This document shows positions 26,105-36,629 of a stretch of 64,000 nt of DNA, piece after piece (within the stretch, counting starts at the first letter, position 1; the number at the start of each line of letters is the position of its first letter). Position numbers and translations under genes: made by a program. The DNA is from Squalus acanthias (taxonomy: Eukaryota), in NCBI GenBank assembly GCA_030390025.1, contig CM059431.1, forward strand, positions 127,722,001 through 127,786,000. Direction: 5' to 3'. The notes beneath the pieces are model-generated. The model saw only the letters and a list, made by a program, of their open reading frames with translations. It was not told the DNA's origin and searched no databases.

Positions 26105-26952
26105 CCACCTCCAACATGATCCCACCACCAAATGCATCTTCCCCTCACCTCCCCTTTCAGCATTCCGAAGGGACCGCTCCCTCCACGACACCCTGGTCCA
26201 CTCCTCAATCACCCCTAACAGCCCTTCCCCTTCGTCCGGCACCTTCCCGTGCAAGCGCAGGAGATGCAACACCTGCCCTTTTACCTCCTCCCTTCCCACT
26301 GTCCAGGGCCCCAAACACCCCATCCAGGTGAAACAGCGATTTACTTGTACTTCTTGCAATTTAGTATACTGTATTTGCTGCTCACGATACGGTCTCCTCT
26401 ACATTGGGGAGACCAAACACAGATTGGGCGACCGCTTTGCGGAACACCTCCGTTCAGTCCGTAAGGGTGACCCTGAGCTTCCGGTCACCTGTCAGTTTAA
26501 TTCTCCGCTTCACTCCCACTCTGATCTCTCTGTCCTCGGCTTCTTACATTGTTCTAATGAAGCTCAATGTAAGCTCGAGGAACAGCACCTCATCTTTCGA
26601 TCAGGCACTTTACAGCCTTCTGGAGTCAACATTGAGTTCAACAATCTCAGACTATAACCCCTGCCCCCATTCTTCAGGCTGTATGATTTTGCCATCCCCA
26701 TTTGCAACATTTTATCTTTCCTGCCTCCTACCTTAGCACAGAATATTCCCTCAGTTCCTTCCTCCCCTCCCTGCCTCTGCACCTGCTTAAAATCTGTTAC
26801 ATCTCCAGCTTTTTCCAGTTCCGATGAAGGGTCCCAGACCTGAAACGTTAACTCTGTTTCTCTCTCCACAGATGCTGCCTGGCCTGCTGAGTGTTTCCAG
26901 CATTTTCTGCTGTTATTTCAGATTTCCAGCATCCGCAGTATTTTGCTATTGT
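26105..26952 (+). mobile_element. 5'-truncated Penelope-like element nested in Gypsy pol
   Basis: AFRRDRSLHDTLVHS, GIY-YIG NLVYCICCSRYGLLYIGETKHRLGDRFAEH; same tail as 11936-12738; approximate TSD ATTCTTTT..TACTT. Confidence 0.85.
26817..26853 (+). ncRNA. Minimal type I hammerhead ribozyme motif (core variant CCGATGA)
   Basis: AGTT-CCGATGA-A-GGGTC-CCA-GACCT-GAA-ACGT-T-AACT: stem I AGTT/AACT, stem II, palindromic stem III ACGT. Confidence 0.6.
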
Positions 26953-27971
26953 ATTCTTTTCTACTTGTTCAACATTGTGTCGAGTTGCTTCTTTGAAGCA
27001 TCTACACTGAAGATGTTTTTCCAGTCTAGTTTTAACTTTCTCAACCAGTCTTTGCCCATGAGAGTTGGCCTGTTGTTGTAGCTCGCTACAATAATAGGCA
27101 GCTTTACTGACTGGCCATTGTGTTGAACTGTACATTCCATTTGTCCACATGTCTCTAGGATTTCCCCGGAGTAGGTTCTTAACTCTACGATACTCCTTGT
27201 AAGTGGTTTAAACTTACTATCATATGTGTCCTTACTCATGATAGAGCAGTCCGCCGCCGTGTCGATGCACATATCAATATATTGGTCATTGATCAAAAGT
27301 TTTATACAGAAGTCTTTCTCACGACTGCTAGCATTGCTGCGAGTGGCATAAATACTGTAGATGCCTAGTTCCTCAATGTCAGGTATGTTCACTTCAATAT
27401 TGTGAATTCCACCCTTTTGTTGTCGGTGCTTTGCATCGCCACTAGAATGGTTCTTACTTCCTGCTTTCAATCTAGCTCTGCAAGCTGTTGAAATATGGCC
27501 TTGCCTCTGGCAGCGAAAACACTTCGCATTTCTGTACTGTCAGGTCTGTGGTGAGTGATTTCCATTGCAATGATAACAATTCACTGAACTGCTGTCACAA
27601 ACATGCTTTTGACTTGGTCTCACAGCTTTAGGTTTGGCAGTGGCTTTGTGACTGTAGACCTCAGCTGCACTAGTCACTTGAGTTGGACGGAGCTCCCTTG
27701 CATTCCTAGATACCATCTCCATAGACAGGGCAATATTACATGCTATGTCAAAGGTTAGGTTCGGAGTGTTCAGTAACTTGGACTGTGTGCGCTCACCCAC
27801 CAGTCCACACATAAACTTATCTTGCAACGCATGATCCAAAAATGTGCTGAAGTTACAATGCAAAGACAGGTTCTTAAGAGCTACAATGAACTCACTGATG
27901 GTTTCACTTTGTTTTTAGTTTTTGGTACCATCTTATAGCTCTTTGCTTTTTCTAATGGCTTTGGGTCGAAA

Positions 27972-30900
27972 TAAGAACATAAGAACATAAGAAATAGGAG
28001 CAGGAGTAGACCATTCGGCCCTTCGAGCCTGCTCCACCATTCAATGAGATCATGGCTGATCTTCTGCCTCAACTCCATTCACCGGCCCTATCGCCATATC
28101 CCTTGATGCCCTTACTAGTCAGAAATCTATCGACTTCTGTTTTGAATATACCCAATGACTGAGCCTCCACAGCCCTCTGGGGTAGAGAATTCCAAAGATT
28201 CACCACCCTCTGTGTGAAGAAATTTCTTCTCATCTCAGTCCTGAATGGCCTACCCTTTATCCTGAGGCTGTGGCCCCTGGTTCTAGACTCCCCAGCTAAG
28301 GGAAACATTCTCCCAGCTTCCATCCTATCAAGCCCTGTAATAATTTTGTATGCTTCAGTGAGATCCCCTCTCATTCTTCTGAATTCAAGAGAATACAGGC
28401 CTAGTTTACTCAATCTCTTCTCATACGACAGGCCCGCCATCCCAGGAATCAATCTCGTGAACCTTCGTTGCACTCCCTCTATGACAAGGATATCCTTCCT
28501 TAGGCAAGGAGACCATAATTGTACACAGTACTCCAGGTGTGGTCTCACCAAGGCCCTATATAATTGGAGTAAGACTTCTTTACTCCTGTACTTAAATCCT
28601 CTTGTAATGAAGGCCAGCATACCATTTGCCTTCCTAATGGCTTGCGGCACCTGTACATTCACTTTCAGTAACTCATGTACAAGGACACCCAGGTCCCTTT
28701 GAGCTTCTGCATTTCCCAATCTTTCACCATTTAGGAAATACTCTGCCTTTCAGTTTTTTCTACCAAAGTGGATAACTTCACATTTATCCACATTATATTC
28801 CATCTGCCATGTTCTCGCCCACTCACTGAGCCTGTCGAGATCCCCTTGAAGCCTCTTCACATCCTCTTCGCAACTGACACTGCCACCTAGCTTTGTATCA
28901 TCAGCAAATTTGGAAATGTTTCATTTAGTCCCCTCATCCAAAACATTGATATAGATTGTGAATAGCTGTGGCCCAAGCACCGATCCTTGCAGTACCCCAC
29001 TAGTCACAGCCTGCCATCCTGAAAAAGACCCGTTTATCCCTACTTTTTGTTTTCTGTCTGTTAACCAATTCTCAATCCATGCGAGTATATTACCCCCAAT
29101 TCCATGTGCCCTAATTTTGTTCACCAACCTCTTGTGTGGGACCTTATCGAAGGCCTTCTGAAAATCCAGATACACCACATCTACCGGTTCCCCTTTGTCT
29201 ACTCCATTAGTTACATCCTCAAAGAACTCCAATAGGTTTGTCAAACAGGAGTTTCCTTTCATAAATCCATGTTGACTCTGCCCAATCTTACTATTAGTTT
29301 CTAAGTGTCCAGTTATTGCATCCTTTATAATAGATTCCAGCATTTTCCCAACTACTGATGTGAGGCTAACAGGTCTGTAGTTCCCCGTTTTCTCTTTCCC
29401 TCCTTTCTTAAATAGCGGGGTTACATTTGCTATCCTCCAATCTGCAGGAACCGTTCCAGAATCTATAGAATTTTGGAAGATGACAACCAATGTGTCCACT
29501 ATCCCAATGGCCACCTCTTTCAAAACCCTAGGATGTAGGTAATCCGGTGTTTGGGATTTGTCAACTTTTAGTCCCATTAATTTTGCTAGTACTTTTTTTT
29601 ACTAATAATAATTTCTTTAAGTTCCGCATTCTCGCCACACCCTTGGTTTTCTCGTATTTCTAGGCGGTTTTATGTGTCTTCCTCTGTGAAGACAGAAACA
29701 AAGTATTTATTTAATTTCTTGCCATTTCCTCATTCCCCATTATAAATTCTCCCGTCTCTGACTGTAAAGGACCTACATTTACCTTCGCCAGTCTTTTCCT
29801 TTTCACATACCTATAGAAGCTTTTGCAATCCGTTTTTATATTTTTCGCTAGTTTGTACTCATATTCCATTTTCCCTTTCTTTATCAATTTCTTGGTCCCC
29901 CTTTGCTGATTTCTAAAAAGATCCCAATCCTCAGGCTGACCGATTTTTCTGGCAACTTTATAAGCTTCCTCTTTTGACTTAATACTAGCTTTAATTTATT
30001 TTATTAGCCATGGTTGGATCACTTTTCCTTTTGGGTTTTTATGCCCTAGAGGAATATATGTTTGTTGCAAATTATGCATTATTTCCTTGAATGTTAGCCA
30101 TTGTATGTCCACCTTCATACCTTTTAGTGTAGTCTCCCAATCTACCATGGCCAACTTGTCCCTCATACCCTTGTAGTTTCCTCTGTTTAGATTGAAGACC
30201 TTAGTTTCAGATTGGACTACATCACTCTCAAACTTAATGTAAAATTCAATCATATTATGGTCACTTGTCCCTAAAGGCCCCTTTACCACAAGATTATTGA
30301 TTAGCCCTTTCTCATTACACAGTACCAGAACCAGAATAGCCTGCTCCCTGGTTGGTTCCTCCACATACTGATCCAGGAAACCATCTCGCATGCATTCGAA
30401 GAATTTGTCCTCCACACCATTAATGATAATTTGATTTGCCCAGTCAATATGTAGATTAAAGTCCCCCATGATTACCGTATTGCCCTTGTTACATGCACTT
30501 CTAATCTCTTGATTGATCCTGTGCCCTACATTACCATTACTGTTTGGCGGCCTATACACAACTCCCACCAATGTTTTCCACCCTTTGCTGTTTCTTAGCT
30601 CCAACCAAACTGATTCCAGTTCTACATCACGATCTGCCAAGCTAAGATGTTTTATCTCTACCATACCGATCTCATCCCTTATTAACAGCGCTACGCCACC
30701 TCCTTTTTCCTTTTTGTCTGTCCTTCCTAAATGTTGAGTACTCTGGAACATTCAGTTCCCAGCTTTGGTTACCCTGCAACCATGTCTCTGTAACGGCAAT
30801 TACATCATACCCATTTACTTCTATTAGTGACATTAATTCATCCACCTTGTTGCGAATGCTACGTGCATTTAGATAAAGTGCCTTCAACTTTGCCTGTTGA

Positions 30901-32340
30901 ATATTTTTCTGCATTTTGACCCTCTTTACTGTTGGCCTTTGTTTCTGCTCCCTACTAGTTTTGCTGACTACTTTTCTAACTTGCACTTCCAGCTTTGTTT
31001 CTCTCCGTTCTGGGCCCACACTTAGGTTCCCAGCCCCCTGACAAACTAGTTTAAATCCTTCCCAACAGCACGAGCAAACCCCCCTGCAAGGATGTTGGTC
31101 CTGTTTCTGCCGAGGTGTAACCCGTTCAGCTTGTACAGGTCCCACCTTCCCCAGAATCAGTCCCAATGCCTCAGGAATTTAAATCCCTCCCTCCTACACC
31201 ATCTCTCCAGCCATGCATTCATCTGGCCTATTCTCCTATTTCTGCTCTCGCTAGCACGTGGCACTGGGAGTAATCTTGAGATTACTACCTTTGAGGTCCT
31301 GCTTTTTAATTTATTTCCTAGCTCCCTGTATTCTGCTTGCAGGACCTCATCCCGCTTTCTACCTATGTCGTTGGTACCGATATGGACCATGACCTCTGGC
31401 TGTTCACCCTCCCCCTTCAGAATGTCCTGCAGCCGCACAGTGATATCCTTGACCCTGGCACCAGGGAGGCAACCTACCATCCTGGAGTCACGTCTGCGGC
31501 CACAGAAACGTCTATCTGTTCCCCTTACGATAGAATCCCCTATCACTATTGCTCTCCCACTCTTTTTCCTCCCCTCCTGTACAGCTGAGCCACTCGCAGT
31601 GCCACGGACTTGGCTCTTGCTGCATTCCCCTGAGAAACCATCTCCCCCAGCAGTATCCAAAATGGAAAATCTGTTGGAGGGAGATGGACCCAGGGGACTC
31701 CTGCACTACCTTCCTAGTTCTTTTACTCTGTCTGGCGGTCACCCATTTCCTGTCTGCCTGTGCACTCTTTACCTGCGGTGTGACCACCTCGTTAAACGTG
31801 CTATCCATGAAGATCTCAGCCTCGCGGATGCTCCACATTGACTCCAGCCACAGCTCCAGCTCCGAAACGCGGATTTTGAGTAGCTGCAGCTGGAGACACT
31901 TCCTGCACACGTGTTTTCCCTGGACACCGAAAGTGTCCCTGACTTCCCACATAGCACAGGAGGAGCACTCCACGCTGCCGAGCTGCCCTGCCATGTCCTA
32001 CCCTTAATTTACTCCCTTTACTTCCTTTAAATTAAAGAATATTAAATACACTAGGGACATTACTTCACTTTAAACACTACTTACTCTAAACTAGAGACCT
32101 TACTTTTACTTTAACGATTGGACTGTAGAAATACTCACCAGGTCCTACTTACCAATCAGCTCCTTCCCTTGTGCCGACGTAACTTTTAATCTCTGATGTC
32201 ACTATCGAATGTTGCCTGCTTTGGTCCGCTCTCGCTGCTGCTCCCAATAGCTCGGTCTGGGCCTCAAGCCTCGGGCTTTATTTCCTCGCTCCTCCTTCGC
32301 CTGTTCCCTCACAGGTCGGTCCGCTCTCGCTGCTGCTCCC
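27972..32340 (-). mobile_element. Near full-length CR1 LINE nested in Gypsy gag
   Basis: ORF1 (CxxC..CxxC zinc finger; SGNH esterase IVIGDSIVRG, VHIGTNDIG) approx. 31092-31994; ORF2 APE (YLNARSIRNK, AVTETWL, MGDFN, SDH) plus RT down to 28069; (ATAAGAAC)n tail; frameshifts. Confidence 0.93.
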
Positions 32341-32593
32341 AATGGTCCTCGAGTTTCTCGACAATGTAACAAACGACACATCCATCGCTTTCCCTGGCGC
32401 AAGTAGGTTTGTCAACATTTTGTAGACATCTGGCCCGATCTCCGTTAGAAAACTTGCTTCTTTACTTTCACAAATTACTTTATTTTGAGCTTGAACATTC
32501 TCAGCTGCACCTTAGGTCTCATTAATGTTATTGGCCCTAAAAACATCTCCATCCGCTCAATATAAGAACTGAATGGTTCACGAGCTCGGTCAT

Positions 32594-33870
32594 ACATAGA
32601 ACATAGAACATGGAACATAGAACAGTACAGCACAGTACAGGCCCTTCGGCCCTCGATGTTGTGCCGAGCATTGTCCGAGACCAAGATCAAGCTATCACAC
32701 TCCCTGTTACTCTGGTGTGCTCCATGTGCTTATCCAATAACCGCTTGAAAGTTCCTAAAGTGTCCGACTCCACTATCACAGCAGGCAGTCCATTCCACAC
32801 CCCAACCACTCTCTGAGTAAAGAATCTACCTCGGACATCCCTTCTATATCTCCCCCCATGCACCTTATAGCTATGCCCCCTTGTAACAGCTGCCTCTACC
32901 CGAGGAAATAGTCTCTGAACATCCACTCTATCTATCCCCCTCATCATCTTATAAACCTCTATTAAGTCGCCTCTCATCCTCCTCCGCTCTAAAGAGAAAA
33001 GCCCCAACTCCCTCAATCTTTCCTCATAAGACCTCCCCCCCAAACCAGGCAGCATCCTGGTAAATCTCCTTTGCACTCTTTCCAATGCTTCCACGTCCTT
33101 CCTATAGTGAGGTGACCAGAACTGCACACAATATTCCAAATGTGGTCTCACCAAGGTCCTGTACAGTTGCAGCATAACCTCACGGTTCTTAAACTCAAAC
33201 CCTCTGTTAATAAACGCCAACACACCATAGGCCTTCTTTACTGCTCTATCCACTTGAGTGGCAACCTTCAGAGATCTGTGGATATGAACCCCCAGATCCC
33301 TCTGCTCCTCCACGTTCCTCAGAACCCTGCCGTTGACCCTGTAATCCTTATTCACATTTGCCCTACCAAAATGAATCACCTCGCACTTATCAGGGTTAAA
33401 TTCCATCTGCCATTTTTCGGCCCAGCTCTGCATCCTATCAATGTCTCTTTGCAGCCTACAACTGCCCTCCACCTCATCCACTACTCCACCAATCTTGGTG
33501 TCATCAGCAAATTTACTGATCCACCCTTCAGTCCCCTCCTCCAAGTCATTGATAAAAATCACAAACAGCAGAGGACCCAGCACCGACCCCTGTGGCACAC
33601 CGCTGGTAACTGGTCTCCAGTCCGAAAATGTTCCATCCACCACCACCCTCTGCCTTCTATGAGATAGCCAGTTACTTATCCAATCGGCCAAATTTCCCTC
33701 TATCCCACAACTCCTTACTTTCTTCATGAGATGACCATGGGGAACCTTATCAAACGCCTTACTAAAATCCATGTATACGACATCAACTGCTCTACCTTCA
33801 TCTTCACACTTAGTTACCTCCTCAAAGAATTCAATCAAATTTGTTAGGCAAGACTTACCCTTCACGAATC
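32594..33870 (-). mobile_element. 5'-truncated CR1 LINE (second subfamily) nested in Gypsy gag start
   Basis: Uninterrupted RT-to-C-terminus reading frame; (ATAGAAC)n tail at about 32596-32623. Confidence 0.9.
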
Positions 33871-33931
33871 CGTCGAGGCTTCCGATGAATCCCATAGATG
33901 CGGCCAATATTATCCTGATCCCATCAAACAA
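32687..33931 (-). CDS. Chimeric ORF: Gypsy gag N-terminus fused in frame to CR1 reverse transcriptase (414 aa); expression unknown
   Basis: MGFIGSLDG (gag) continues into FVKGKSCLTNL..YMDFSKAFD..GVPQGSVLGP..KFADD..RPHLEY with no stop. Confidence 0.5.
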   Translation of the reverse strand: MFDGIRIILAASMGFIGSLDGFVKGKSCLTNLIEFFEEVTKCEDEGRAVDVVYMDFSKAFDKVPHGHLMKKVRSCGIEGNLADWISNWLSHRRQRVVVDGTFSDWRPVTSGVPQGSVLGPLLFVIFINDLEEGTEGWISKFADDTKIGGVVDEVEGSCRLQRDIDRMQSWAEKWQMEFNPDKCEVIHFGRANVNKDYRVNGRVLRNVEEQRDLGVHIHRSLKVATQVDRAVKKAYGVLAFINRGFEFKNREVMLQLYRTLVRPHLEYCVQFWSPHYRKDVEALERVQRRFTRMLPGLGGRSYEERLRELGLFSLERRRMRGDLIEVYKMMRGIDRVDVQRLFPRVEAAVTRGHSYKVHGGRYRRDVRGRFFTQRVVGVWNGLPAVIVESDTLGTFKRLLDKHMEHTRVTGSVIA

Positions 33932-34128
33932 TGACTCAGCACGCTACCTGTGTACCTGTGAGAATCAACGCCACAGTTGCTGTGTATACATACACGCGAA
34001 GGCGAAGCACAGACTATTCTGCATCAGCATTAACGGTAAAACATCGTAACAAAATCAGTTTAGGTGTCCCAAATTCACCTTAAACTTTTCCACTCAAAGG
34101 TTGAACACTTTGTCCTTCCATGGCTTTG

Positions 34129-34148
34129 GGATCCCATTCTCATCGCCA
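34129..34148 (-). promoter_or_regulatory. Primer-binding site (tRNA-Ser-like)
   Basis: TGGCGATGAGAATGGGAT on the minus strand a few nt inside the 5' LTR; complementary to a tRNA-Ser 3' end of the ATCCCATCCTCGTCGCCA type. Confidence 0.75.
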
Positions 34149-34152
34149 AAAT

Positions 34153-34397
34153 TGTAATATATGTGGGTAGAACAAATGAAGGACAGAGACAAGATGAATT
34201 GCGAGTCAAGGTGCTTGGGTCATCGACCTAAAATGTTAACTCTGTTTCTCTCTCCACAGATGCTGCCTGACCTGCTGAGTATTTCCAGCATTTTCTGTTT
34301 TTATTTTATGCTAATCAAGGTGCTTGTTTATGAGGCCAGAGCAAACTGAGCATGCTCATACTAAGCCATGTGACAAACCATGTGATAATATATTACA
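34153..34397 (-). repeat. Gypsy 5' LTR containing a 92-bp Penelope tail insertion (34217-34308)
   Basis: Homologous to 24680-24798 once the insert and one copy of the 17-bp duplication TGC(G/T)A(G/A)TCAAGGTGCTT are removed. Confidence 0.8.
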
Positions 34398-34402
34398 GTG
34401 AG

Positions 34403-35011
34403 TGGGGTGGCAGTTTTGTGGTCGGGAAACCTGGGAGAACGGGCTTCTCTCAGGTTCTGCCGCATTTAACAGCAGGACCTGATTACCATTTTTGAAATCC
34501 GTTTCCCAGCCCCAGCCAGATTGAGAGGCTAGCTGGCTGCCGCGCAGTTAAGCCTACGGCCGCAGGCTGCAGTCGGGGAGTGTAGACGAGGGAGGTAGAG
34601 ATTGGGGGTCCGGGGGGACATTGATGGGGGAGCCCGGAGAGATTGAGGGATGAGGGGACAAGATCGTGAAGGCGCCAGGAGAGCTCTTGCTCCTCCTGGC
34701 CCACATGCAGTACTGGAAAAGCACTTACCTGTTCCATGCAGCAGTCCTCTCCTCCCTTTAGCTGCTGGGTTTACCGAGGCCCAGAAAACCCAGCCGGTCA
34801 GCGTTAAAGCTGAAACAAAGAAACAATCTGAGGCACACAGCTGCACTTGAATATTTAAATGAGGGACCTGGGAGCTGGTTAGTTGCCTGCCCCCAGTCCC
34901 GCCTCGGTTAAAACCGGAAGTGGGCGGGATTGAGCCAGGTTTGAGATATTTAACATTATTATTTCCCACTAAACACAAACCCACCCATTTTTGGGGGTTA
35001 AAATTCCCAGC
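34403..35011. mobile_element. Harbinger-type MITE, probably the right part of an element whose left end is 24647-24679
   Basis: Ends GTTAAAATTCCCAGC; GC-rich body like the other MITEs; degenerate left TIR GACCCGGATATTTA just upstream of the Gypsy element. Confidence 0.45.
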
Positions 35012-35184
35012 TCTGTGTCGAATAGTGTGTGGCATAACAGATTAATAGCTTAATATGGGTAACAAAGCTTATAAGTTAACTTAGTAAAGATATCATGATG
35101 TGGAGATGCCGGCGTTGGACTGGGGTGGACAAAAATGAGAAGTCGCACAACACCAGGTTATAGTCCAACAGATTTATTTAATTT

Positions 35185-35221
35185 TACAAGCTTTCGGAGC
35201 GGTTTGCTCCTTCCTCAGGTA
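35185..35221 (-). ncRNA. Minimal type I hammerhead ribozyme motif (left arm)
   Basis: Exact reverse complement of 36514-36550. Confidence 0.7.
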
Positions 35222-36513
35222 GGGTAGCAGTGAGAGAATCTCCTAGAATTCACAATATAAACACAGACAAAATCTATTCAAATCTTTCCCTACATCAAAG
35301 ACACACTAAGAGCACAGCCAAGACAATGAGATGTGTCCCAGGGGGTCCAACGTGTCAAAACACCTGCTGGCTGCATATCCTGTCAATTTGTGTTGATTCT
35401 TGTGTTAGTCTTTTTTTAAAAAAAAACACCTGGAAAGACCGGCCATGATGTCAAGTCACGTTCTGTATCGTGACATGAACCCGATATCGCGATTGAGGCC
35501 ATCCTCATGAGTGCGGAACTTGGCTATCAGTTTCTGCTCTATGATTTTGCGCTGTCGTGTATCCCGAAGGCCGCCTTGGAGAACGCTTACCCGCAGATCC
35601 GAGGCTGAATGCCCCTGGCTGCTGAAGTGTTCCCCGACTGGGAGGCAACCCTCCTGCCTGGCGATTGTTGCGCGGTGTCCGTTCATACGTTGTCTCAGTG
35701 TCTGCATGGTCTCGCCGATGTACCATGCTCTGGAGCATCCTTTACTGCAACGTATCAGGTAGACAACGTTGGCCGAGTCACATGAGTATGTACCGTGTAC
35801 CTGGTGGGTAGTGTCCTCACGTGTGATGATGGTATCTGTGTCCATGATTTGGCATGTCTTGCAGAGGCAACCTCTGCAAGACATGCCAAATCATGGACAC
35901 ATACCATCATCACACGTGAGGACACTACCCACCAGGTACACGGTACATACTCATGTGACTCGGCCAACGTTGTCTACCTGATACGTTGCAGTAAAGGATG
36001 CTCCAGAGCATGGTACATCGGCGAGACCATGCAGACACTGAGACAACGTATGAACGGACACCGCGCAACAATCGCCAGGCAGGAGGGTTGCCTCCCAGTC
36101 GGGGAACACTTCAGCAGCCAGGGGCATTCAGCCTCGGATCTGCGGGTAAGCGTTCTCCAAGGCGGCCTTCGGGATACACGACAGCGCAAAATCATAGAGC
36201 AGAAACTGATAGCCAAGTTCCGCACTCATGAGGATGGCCTCAATCGCGATATCGGGTTCATGTCACGATACAGAACGTGACTTGACATCATGGCCGGTCT
36301 TTCCAGGTGTTTTTTTTTTAAAAAGACTAACACAAGAATCAACACAAATTGACAGGATATGCAGCCAGCAGGTGTTTTGACACGTTGGACCCCCTGGGAC
36401 ACATCTCATTGTCTTGGCTGTGCTCTTAGTGTGTCTTTGATGTAGGGAAAGATTTGAATAGATTTTGTCTGTGTTTATATTGTGAATTCTAGGAGATTCT
36501 CTCACTGCTACCC

Positions 36514-36550
36514 TACCTGAGGAAGGAGCAAACCGCTCCGAAAGCTTGTA
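36514..36550 (+). ncRNA. Minimal type I hammerhead ribozyme motif (right arm)
   Basis: TAC-CTGAGGA-A-GGAGC-AAACC-GCTCC-GAA-AGCT-T-GTA: intact CUGANGA/GAAA core, 5-bp stem II, palindromic stem III, stem I TAC/GTA. Confidence 0.7.
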
Positions 36551-36629
36551 AAATTAAATAAATCTGTTGGACTATAACCTGGTGTTGTGCGACTTCTCAT
36601 TTTAGTAAAGATATGGAGCAAGTGCTTTG

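Larger units (their letters stand above)
24680..34397 (-). mobile_element. Gypsy/Ty3 LTR retrotransposon (internally deleted, four nested insertions)
   Basis: LTRs 24680-24798 and 34153-34397 (TGTAATATA...ATTACA); TSD GTGAA/GTGAG; gag with CCHC knuckles (CYHCNGNH, CFRCQRQGH); protease CIDTAAD; RT EWATPIVVVPK; RNase H LACDAS, ERNYAQIEKEALA. Confidence 0.88.
35094..36601. mobile_element. Palindromic Penelope-like insertion (two inverted GIY-YIG/pLTR arms)
   Basis: Arms approx. 35132-35867 and 35871-36603 are near-perfect reverse complements; each encodes NVVYLIRCSKGCSRAWYIGETMQTLRQRMNGH; 13-bp TSD TTAGTAAAGATAT at 35081-35093 and 36602-36614. Confidence 0.92.

Noticed and set aside
28214..33667. 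Plus-strand ORFs of 150-175 aa
   Set aside because: Antisense shadows of CR1 coding sequence.
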